Below are positions 57,422-64,000 of a DNA stretch of 64,000 nucleotides, one piece after another. Positions within the stretch are counted from its first letter, which is position 1, and each line of letters begins with the position of its first letter. Position numbers and translations under genes: made by a program. Origin of the DNA: an uncultured Candidatus Saccharibacteria bacterium. GTDB taxonomy: Bacteria > Patescibacteriota > Minisyncoccia > Phycocordibacterales > VMEP01. The notes below the pieces were generated by a model. That model saw only the letters and a list, made by a program, of their open reading frames with translations. It did not search any database and was not told the origin of the DNA. The DNA is taken from assembly GCA_964579635.1 (NCBI GenBank), contig CAZOFV010000002.1:1371-65370 (forward strand), given 5' to 3'.

Positions 57422-58411
57422 ATGGCCTTCGACATCATCGCAATTGGAGATACAGTTATCGACGACTTTATTCGTCTTAGTGATTCTTCTAACAGTAAAG
57501 TAGACGAGGAAAAAAATCTCCTTTGTATCCCGTTTCGAAACAAAGTTCCTTTTGAATTTTCAAAATTAGTTTCAGCTGTTGGCAACAGTCCAAACGCGGC
57601 GGTCTCTGGGGCAAGGCTTGGATTAAAAACCGCCATCGTCACAAACGTTGGACACGACTCAAACGGAAAACTTTGTATAGATACTTTTAGAAAAGAGTTA
57701 GTCTCCACTGATTTTATCCGCCAACACGATGGCAAAAAAACCAACTATCACTACGTTTTGTGGCTTGAAAATGACAGAACAATTTTAATAAAACATGAAG
57801 AATTCCCTTATGAATTACCACTTTTTGAACCACCTAAGTGGCTTTATCTAAGCTCCCTTGGCGAGCACTCTCTTTCTTTCCATAAAAAAATTGCTGATTA
57901 TTGCAACGAAAATCCGCGTGTTAAATTAGCCTTTCAACCAGGTACATACCAAATGAAATTTGGGCACGAATCGTTGCGTCACATATACGAACGTTCTGAT
58001 TTTTTTATTTGTAATATCGAGGAAGCACAATTAATTTTAAACACCAGCGAAAACGATAAGAAGAAATTGCTCTCTGCAATGCGAGAGCTTGGACCAAAAA
58101 TTGTTGTCTTAACGGATGGACCGCTCGGCGCATACCTTTCATACGCAGACGAAAATTGGTTTATTCCGTTATACCCAGACCACAGAGAAGCATATGAACG
58201 AACCGGTGCGGGAGACGCCTTTGCTTCAACGTTCGTATCTGCCCTTGCATTGGGGAAAAGTCCACTTGAAGCATTCACTTGGGCGCCAGTAAACTCAATG
58301 TCTGTTGTACAAAAAATCGGAGCACAGGAAGGATTGCTCTCGCGCGCAAAGCTAGAAGAATTATTAAAGAAGGCCGTCGCCGAAGAAGAGTGGCGCCCAC
58401 AAAAAATATAA
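57422..58411 (+). CDS. PfkB-family carbohydrate kinase
   Basis: Ribokinase-fold motifs including TGAGDAFASTF. Confidence 0.8.
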   Translation: MAFDIIAIGDTVIDDFIRLSDSSNSKVDEEKNLLCIPFRNKVPFEFSKLVSAVGNSPNAAVSGARLGLKTAIVTNVGHDSNGKLCIDTFRKELVSTDFIRQHDGKKTNYHYVLWLENDRTILIKHEEFPYELPLFEPPKWLYLSSLGEHSLSFHKKIADYCNENPRVKLAFQPGTYQMKFGHESLRHIYERSDFFICNIEEAQLILNTSENDKKKLLSAMRELGPKIVVLTDGPLGAYLSYADENWFIPLYPDHREAYERTGAGDAFASTFVSALALGKSPLEAFTWAPVNSMSVVQKIGAQEGLLSRAKLEELLKKAVAEEEWRPQKI

Positions 58412-58418
58412 TATTTAA

Positions 58419-59432
58419 CTACGACTTTAATCTACGAGCTAAAAATAAGACGTCGCTGACGGCTTTTTTAATTGAGGAGACTCCCATTTCGTAATGCTCT
58501 ATAAGCTCTTCTGGTTTTCCAGATTGTCCAAATAAATCTTTAACACCAACAAATTTTATTGGAGTTGGAAATTCTGCAGATAAAAACTCAGAAACAGTAC
58601 CACCCATCCCACCGGCAATCTGATGCTCTTCTACGGTTACAATCGCGCGATACTTTCGGGCAAATGAAAGGACGGCTTCTTTATCAAGTGGTTTTATTGT
58701 CGCAAGATTCATAACACCAACCGAAATTCCTTCGGCCTCAAGTAGGCGCGCAGAAATGAGAGCTTTATGAACAAGACCTCCACAAGCAATAATCCCAACT
58801 TTCTTATCATAAGAATTTTCGGTTTCGTAAAAAATTTGAGCTTTACCAATCTCAAACGGGGTATCTTCGGTTGTGACTATTGGAGTTTTTTCTCTTGCAA
58901 GACGTATATAAACTGGACCATCAAACTTTGCCGAAGCGATTGTCGCTTTTTTTGCTTCAATAGAATCACATGGCACAATCACCGTCATTCTTGGAATAAC
59001 GCGTGTTAAAGCTATGTCTTCAACTGCTTGATGTGTTCCACCGTCTGGCCCAACTGAAACTCCAGCATGAGAACCAACTATCTTTGCATTAACGTTGTTG
59101 TAGCAAATTGTCGTGCGAATCTGCTCCCAATTTCTTCCAGGAGAAAACATTGCGTATGATGTAAAAAATGGAATCTTCCCCATCACGGCCATCCCCGAAG
59201 CGACCGCCGCCAAATTTTGTTCAGCAACCCCCATTTCTATAAATCGAGATGGAAATCTTTCTTTAAAAAAGTGCATCTGGGTTGATTCTGTGAGATCGGC
59301 ACACAAACCAACAACCCTATCATCCTGTGTTCCAGCGATGAGTAACCCTTCCCCAAAACCCTTACGAATAGGAGCTTGTTCAACATCCTCATCGAAAAGT
59401 TTTTGATTTAATTTTAAGTTTGAATTAAGCAT
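58419..59432 (-). CDS. Transketolase, C-terminal subunit
   Basis: Split-tkt pyrimidine-binding and C-terminal domains. Confidence 0.85.
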   Translation of the reverse strand: MLNSNLKLNQKLFDEDVEQAPIRKGFGEGLLIAGTQDDRVVGLCADLTESTQMHFFKERFPSRFIEMGVAEQNLAAVASGMAVMGKIPFFTSYAMFSPGRNWEQIRTTICYNNVNAKIVGSHAGVSVGPDGGTHQAVEDIALTRVIPRMTVIVPCDSIEAKKATIASAKFDGPVYIRLAREKTPIVTTEDTPFEIGKAQIFYETENSYDKKVGIIACGGLVHKALISARLLEAEGISVGVMNLATIKPLDKEAVLSFARKYRAIVTVEEHQIAGGMGGTVSEFLSAEFPTPIKFVGVKDLFGQSGKPEELIEHYEMGVSSIKKAVSDVLFLARRLKS

Positions 59433-59442
59433 GCCGATTAAT

Positions 59443-59628
59443 TTATTTATTTTCCCAAAAATAAAAATATATAAAAATAAAAATTGATGGAATAACTGAA
59501 CTTATCACCATACTCATACTTTGATTAGAAAACTGTGTTTGTATGTATACAACAAAAACTATAGTGGCAGTAAAAACAATTGGAATCATGTATTTCATGT
59601 TATTTTTATTATTTTTAATTTGCTTCAT
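59443..59628 (-). CDS. Small hydrophobic ORF (61 aa) between the two transketolase subunits
   Basis: Two TM-like segments. No SD. Weak support. Confidence 0.25.
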   Translation of the reverse strand: MKQIKNNKNNMKYMIPIVFTATIVFVVYIQTQFSNQSMSMVISSVIPSIFIFIYFYFWENK

Positions 59629-60478
59629 TTTCTATTTTCCCGTGCAAGGTTCGAAGCTCTTTCAGCGCCTTCAACCCCTGCTCTTTGTTAGGTGGTACAC
59701 CGTGCCAACGAAAGTCTCTTTCAAAATCAAAAACACCTTTTCCTGGAATTGTATGCGCGATAATAACAGATGGTTTTTCAAAAATCGCACGAGCTTGTTC
59801 CACTGCTTCAATAATCCCCTGGAAACTATGCCCATCAATTTCTTGCACATGCCAACCAAATGATTCCCATTTTTCATGTAGTGGCTCAAGTGGCATTATG
59901 TCCTCGGTAAATCCGTCTATTTGTATATTATTCCTATCGACAATTGCAATAACATTTCGTAGTTTTTCTTTTCCAGCAAGCATCATCGCTTCCCAATTTT
60001 CTCCAGCGTCTAACTCTCCATCGCCCAAAAAACAATAAAAGAAATGTGGTGTAGAACGGCCGTGGTCAATTCTATCTGCAAGCGCCATTCCAACTGCTTG
60101 TGAAAGGCCAGAACCCAAGGGACCCGACGATGTTTCTACAAATGGAAGCCATTCACGGTGCGGATGACCTTGTAATCTTGAACCAAATTTACGTAACGTT
60201 TTTAATTCTTCCATAGGAAAGTAACCAGCGTGCGCGAGGGTCGCATAAAGTATCGGACAAATATGGCCATTGGAAAGTATTAATCTATCGCGTTCATCCC
60301 AATCTGGTCTTTTGGGGTCATGACGCAAAAAACGAAAGTACGCAGCGGTAAAAATATCAGCCATACCTAAAGGTCCCGCTGTGTGACCAGAACCAGCCTC
60401 CATGAGCATATCAATAATAGACTGACGAATTTCATTCGCCTTAAGTTCTAAAAATTTTATTTCTTTGTCAGATAGCAT
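59615..60478 (-). CDS. Transketolase, N-terminal (TPP-binding) subunit
   Basis: GHTAGPLGMADI, GDGELDAGENWEA. Confidence 0.85.
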   Translation of the reverse strand: MLSDKEIKFLELKANEIRQSIIDMLMEAGSGHTAGPLGMADIFTAAYFRFLRHDPKRPDWDERDRLILSNGHICPILYATLAHAGYFPMEELKTLRKFGSRLQGHPHREWLPFVETSSGPLGSGLSQAVGMALADRIDHGRSTPHFFYCFLGDGELDAGENWEAMMLAGKEKLRNVIAIVDRNNIQIDGFTEDIMPLEPLHEKWESFGWHVQEIDGHSFQGIIEAVEQARAIFEKPSVIIAHTIPGKGVFDFERDFRWHGVPPNKEQGLKALKELRTLHGKIENEAN

Positions 60479-61160
60479 TGTTTGCTGTGTTATAAAGATC
60501 CCCTATCGCGCCGTGAGTATTTTCATTTTTGAATATTGCCGAACCTGCAACCAAACGATCCACTCCTGCTTTTACAATTTCTGTAACATTATTCATTCCT
60601 ACTCCACCATCAATACTTATTATAACATCAGGAAATTTTTTTCTGAATGAGGATATCTTTTCAACTACTCTTTTATCAAACGGCTCACCTTGAAGCCCAA
60701 TAGTTGCGATACCCATAAACTGCACAAAATCTATATCGGAAATAAACTCTTCAAGTGTTCCGCTCTCCGTATCGATGTTTATAGCCAGTCCAACCTCTAA
60801 ATCTTTTTCCCGAGCAAGTTTTATTGCTTCCCCAATTTTATCAGTGCTTTCAATATGAAAAATAATTCTTGAAGCGCCAAGCATTACAAAGCGATCAATT
60901 TCTTTCTCCGGATTTTTAATCATCAAATCAAACTCATAATCAATATCTTCCCAATGTGGCAACCCCTCAAACTCAAATTCAAACGCTTTTGCATCAAAAG
61001 AAATATATGGCCATGTTTTACCGCGCACAAAAACTCCGTCCATCACATCTATCTGCACCCAAGGAGCAGAGCCAACAACTCGCGAGATGTGTTCTTCTAA
61101 ATCATTTAAACTGCGGGGCATTACTGCCGGGATAATTTCTATATTAGATTGATTAGACAT
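60468..61160 (-). CDS. rpe: Ribulose-phosphate 3-epimerase-like (TIM barrel)
   Basis: IDVMDG motif and barrel length match. Sits between rpiB and tkt. Confidence 0.7.
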   Translation of the reverse strand: MSNQSNIEIIPAVMPRSLNDLEEHISRVVGSAPWVQIDVMDGVFVRGKTWPYISFDAKAFEFEFEGLPHWEDIDYEFDLMIKNPEKEIDRFVMLGASRIIFHIESTDKIGEAIKLAREKDLEVGLAINIDTESGTLEEFISDIDFVQFMGIATIGLQGEPFDKRVVEKISSFRKKFPDVIISIDGGVGMNNVTEIVKAGVDRLVAGSAIFKNENTHGAIGDLYNTANNAI

Positions 61161-61176
61161 AATTTACTAATACCTA

Positions 61177-61629
61177 CTAGTCTACTAATTTATCTATCTT
61201 CGCAATCCTCCTACTATGCCTTTCTTCTTTTGAAAATTCGGTCTCAAGCCACATTTTAACAGCCTGTTTTGCTTCCTCTTCGCCAACAAAACGCGCTCCA
61301 ATTGAAAGAATATTCGCGTCATTATGCTCACGAGAAAGGCGCACGATTGTCCCCGCTCCACCATAATAAACAACAGCGCGCACACCTTTAAAACGGTTTG
61401 CAACGATTGCTTCACCCTGACCAGAACCACCAATAACTATTCCTTTAACTTCCCCACCTCCGTCTGCAACTTCTTTAGCAACTTCTGAAACATGGTCTGG
61501 ATAATCATCTTCTGGGTCAAAAGAGAAAGGTCCTTCATCTGTCACCTCATATCCAAGGTCAATCAAAAACTGAAAAAGTTTTTCTTTTAAGTCGTATCCT
61601 GCGTGATCACTTCCGAGATAAATTTTCAT
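61177..61629 (-). CDS. rpiB: Ribose-5-phosphate isomerase B
   Basis: MKIYLGSDHAGYDLK... RpiB/LacAB family. Confidence 0.9.
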   Translation of the reverse strand: MKIYLGSDHAGYDLKEKLFQFLIDLGYEVTDEGPFSFDPEDDYPDHVSEVAKEVADGGGEVKGIVIGGSGQGEAIVANRFKGVRAVVYYGGAGTIVRLSREHNDANILSIGARFVGEEEAKQAVKMWLETEFSKEERHSRRIAKIDKLVD

Positions 61630-61632
61630 AGT

Positions 61633-62682
61633 TTAAACAAAAGAAGCCGCTTTAATTACATGTTCAATAAGTGTTTTTGAATACCCCATTTCATTATCGT
61701 ACCAAACAAGAACCTTTACCAAATTTCCACCAACAACCTTCGTAAAAGATAAGTCGGCAATTGCCGCGCGAGTATCTCCAATAATATCAGAAGAAACCAA
61801 TGGCTCTTCTGTTACGGCAAAAATTCCTTTCCATCTTAATTCTTGCGTCGCTTTTTTTAACACCTCATTAATTTCTTCAACAGTTGTGTCTCTCTTTGAA
61901 ATAAAAGTAATATCTGCAATAGAACCAGACACCACTGGAACACGGATAGCGACTCCATCAAATTTTCCATCTAAACTCTTAATAGTTTTTGTCACAGCGA
62001 TGGCCGCGCCCGTTGTTGAAGGAATAATATTTTGTGCGCCAGCACGACCACGGCGAAAATCTTTAACATCAGGAGAATCAACAAGACGTTGAGTCGCTGT
62101 GTAAGCGTGTACTGTGTTTAAAATAGCTTTTTCAATCCCAATAGCATCATCCAAAATCTGAATTACTGGACCGCTAGCGTTTGTAGTGCAAGAAGCGTTG
62201 GAGCTAACCTTGCAAATAGAGAGCTCAACTTCGTTTACGCCCATAAGCACTGTTGCTCCGTTTGGTCCATTCTCTTCCCCGTCTTTTGCTGGAGCTGAAA
62301 TAACAACACGCTTTGCTCCAGCATCAATATGCGCTCTCGCCTTATCAAAACCTTCAAAGACTCCAGTTGATTCAACAACAACATCTATATCAAGATTTCT
62401 CCATGGAAGTTTCGCTGGGTCACGCTCTGCTATAAGTAGAATTTCTTTTACGCCAATTTTTAAATATTTTTCACCGCCTTTATCTAAAATCTCAATCGGG
62501 GTACGACCACGACCATAAACAGTGTCATATCGTAGAAGATAAGCTAAGTTTTCTGCGTCACCTAAATCGTTTATCGCGACAATAGTCATGCGCGAATCAT
62601 TAAGCGCCAATTTCAAAAAAGCTCGCCCAATTCTTCCAAAACCATTTATCGCCACGCGTACATTTTTATCCATATTGTTCAA
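61633..62682 (-). CDS. gap: Glyceraldehyde-3-phosphate dehydrogenase
   Basis: NGFGRIGR Rossmann motif, SNASCTTN catalytic Cys. Confidence 0.95.
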   Translation of the reverse strand: MNNMDKNVRVAINGFGRIGRAFLKLALNDSRMTIVAINDLGDAENLAYLLRYDTVYGRGRTPIEILDKGGEKYLKIGVKEILLIAERDPAKLPWRNLDIDVVVESTGVFEGFDKARAHIDAGAKRVVISAPAKDGEENGPNGATVLMGVNEVELSICKVSSNASCTTNASGPVIQILDDAIGIEKAILNTVHAYTATQRLVDSPDVKDFRRGRAGAQNIIPSTTGAAIAVTKTIKSLDGKFDGVAIRVPVVSGSIADITFISKRDTTVEEINEVLKKATQELRWKGIFAVTEEPLVSSDIIGDTRAAIADLSFTKVVGGNLVKVLVWYDNEMGYSKTLIEHVIKAASFV

Positions 62683-62770
62683 AGATTAATTTCTCCAATT
62701 GTATCAAAACATAGAACGAAAAAATAGCCCGTAAACCTTAACCTCACTTGGAGGTTGAACCTCCAAGTGG

Positions 62771-63457
62771 TTATTCTAATAAAAATTTTTCTAAGTCTTT
62801 CATGTCTTCCTTTCTTTTCCTAATCATTTCTAAAGATGACAAGGAGAATTTCTTGTATTCATCAATATTATTATTAAATTGATCTAAAATAATTTTCTTT
62901 TCACAGATACCTTTAGTATTTTTATCTATATACTCTCCCCAACTAGACCTACTTCCCGCCAACTTGGAGGTTAAACCTCCAAGTTGGTGAACTTTGTTAT
63001 TTAAATTAACGTAGGCACTAAGATGAAGAAGGTATTCATTAGTACCTACGTGAACTGATTTAAATCTACCTTGGAATAAAGCACCACTTCGTTTTTCCTT
63101 TTCATTAAAATACATTGTGTATCCTGTCCCCAGTCGATGCATAAATTTTTCAATCCCCTTTTCTGAAGACTGCATAACTATAAAATGAAAATGGTTTGGG
63201 TTAAGGCAAAAAGCTACGAAATCAACTAATTTTTGACTCCCTTTTCTCAACTTGGAGGTTGAACCTCCAAGTTGAGACTTTTTTATAAAAGAATTTTCAT
63301 AGATACTTCCTATTGGCTCAGAAACATTGAATTCAATCATGCTTTGAAAAAAGCGATTCAAATCTTTTTGATCTGAGAAAATGCTTCGTTTATCTATTCC
63401 CCTATTATAAAGATGATAATATTCACCAGTTACGAACGGAGTTTTTCTATTTGTCAT
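62771..63457 (-). CDS. IS200/IS605-like HuH transposase (REP-associated tyrosine transposase-like)
   Basis: YHLYNRG motif, HuH NHFHFIV, then QGRFKS...LSAYVNLN with the catalytic Tyr. Two in-frame QLGG(S/L)TSKL segments are encoded by the internal hairpins. Confidence 0.6.
   Translation of the reverse strand: MTNRKTPFVTGEYYHLYNRGIDKRSIFSDQKDLNRFFQSMIEFNVSEPIGSIYENSFIKKSQLGGSTSKLRKGSQKLVDFVAFCLNPNHFHFIVMQSSEKGIEKFMHRLGTGYTMYFNEKEKRSGALFQGRFKSVHVGTNEYLLHLSAYVNLNNKVHQLGGLTSKLAGSRSSWGEYIDKNTKGICEKKIILDQFNNNIDEYKKFSLSSLEMIRKRKEDMKDLEKFLLE
62959..62987. repeat. Internal copy of the hairpin repeat (29 bp) within the transposase ORF
   Basis: CCAACTTGGAGGTTAAACCTCCAAGTTGG, translated as QLGGLTSKL. 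Confidence 0.6.
63247..63275. repeat. Internal copy of the hairpin repeat (29 bp) within the transposase ORF
   Basis: TCAACTTGGAGGTTGAACCTCCAAGTTGA, translated as QLGGSTSKL. Confidence 0.6.
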
Positions 63458-63510
63458 ATATAACTGATTATTTTACTACTTGGAGGTTGAACCTCCAAGT
63501 AGTAATGTGG

Positions 63511-64000
63511 CTAGCGAGCTAAGTTATAAAGCTGTTTAATTTCTGTAGCGGAAAGAGCACGGTTATACAAACGCACATCATCTATTTTCCCATTAAATGT
63601 ATACGTTCCGGGGCTAAGGCCCATTCCTCCAATAGCAGCCGGGTAAGTTGCGGGAGAACCAACACCAAGAGTACTGTTCGCCGAATTACTCAAAAGACCG
63701 TCTACATACACACGTAAAACAGCACCATCATAAGAAAAAGCAACATGTCTCCATTTTATATCTATTCCTTGATAAGCAGAGGTAACATATGCGGCTGTGC
63801 TGTTCCATATACCGCCGGTAACTCTACCGTTAGTATATTGCAAATCTATTCCGTTATATGCGCCACAACAATCTCTCGCACTACTATATATATATCCATA
63901 ACTAACCGTCGTTGTTGCCGGATACAACCAAGCAGAAATAGTAAAATTTGCCGGATTTAATGTAGTACTTGTTCCAAGGGTTACATAGGAACCAGAGCTT
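63511..64000 (-). CDS. LamG/concanavalin-A-like lectin domain protein (C-terminal part; the gene continues beyond the window)
   Basis: C-terminal GKIDDVRLYNRALSATEI, typical of LamG-domain proteins. The ORF is open to the window edge. Confidence 0.55.
   Translation of the reverse strand, partial: SSGSYVTLGTSTTLNPANFTISAWLYPATTTVSYGYIYSSARDCCGAYNGIDLQYTNGRVTGGIWNSTAAYVTSAYQGIDIKWRHVAFSYDGAVLRVYVDGLLSNSANSTLGVGSPATYPAAIGGMGLSPGTYTFNGKIDDVRLYNRALSATEIKQLYNLAR

Larger units (their letters stand above)
62745..63504. mobile_element. REP/RAYT-like element: a HuH tyrosine transposase gene bounded by, and interrupted by, four copies of a hairpin repeat
   Basis: Hairpins at 62745-62769, 62959-62987, 63247-63275 and 63474-63504 share the core CTTGGAGGTT(G/A)AACCTCCAAG, with differing but always complementary stem extensions. 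Confidence 0.6.

Noticed and set aside
62745-63504. The four palindromic repeats as a CRISPR array
   Set aside because: Spacing is 190-260 nt rather than 30-40 nt, and the repeats are true hairpins with variable stem extensions. Two lie inside a transposase ORF. There are no cas genes nearby. The pattern fits REP-like hairpins.

Overview
The window is an AT-rich (roughly 35-38% GC by eye) bacterial chromosome segment, dense with housekeeping genes and mostly on the minus strand. Identified genes include:
- an Fe-S cluster assembly (suf) operon;
- a contiguous rpoB-rpoC-dnaG-rpoD block, an rpsP-KH-trmD block, and bcp, rnr, an SMC-like ATPase, rnc, a NusB-NUDIX fusion, rpmF, rnhB, dnaE, thrS, gyrB and pheST;
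- a cell-surface accessory island with a PEGA protein, a GT2 glycosyltransferase, a sortase with a DUF11 substrate, a two-component system, a peptidoglycan-binding protein, YtxH/DUF948 and an ECF sigma factor;
- tRNA-Thr(UGU), tsf, rpsB, prfA, rpmE, rplY, and a glycolysis/pentose-phosphate cluster (fba, a PfkB-family kinase, split transketolase, rpe, rpiB, gap);
- a RAYT/REP-like mobile element and a partial LamG-domain gene at the end.
Gene content and style (native genes without Shine-Dalgarno sequences, split transketolase, sortase plus DUF11, odd fusions) suggest a reduced-genome, CPR/Parcubacteria-like organism; this is inference only.
The most striking signals are:
1. Nine small ORFs at about 50-55% GC, each a self-contained cassette with a canonical Shine-Dalgarno sequence (which native genes lack) and a GC-rich hairpin terminator. 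They sit in intergenic gaps between essential genes. One is antisense inside the suf operon, two are tandem paralogs, two form a convergent Zn-ribbon pair, and two interrupt the rpsP-KH-trmD ribosome-maturation cluster.
2. A roughly 75-80 nt element present in three copies, each just upstream of a ribosomal-protein gene (rpsP, rpmF, rpmE). It has a conserved core and stems that change by compensatory substitutions, which is the signature of a structured RNA or cis-regulatory module.
3. A HuH (RAYT/IS200-like) transposase gene flanked by, and interrupted in frame by, four copies of a 25-31 bp hairpin repeat.
I did not find rRNA genes or a CRISPR array.
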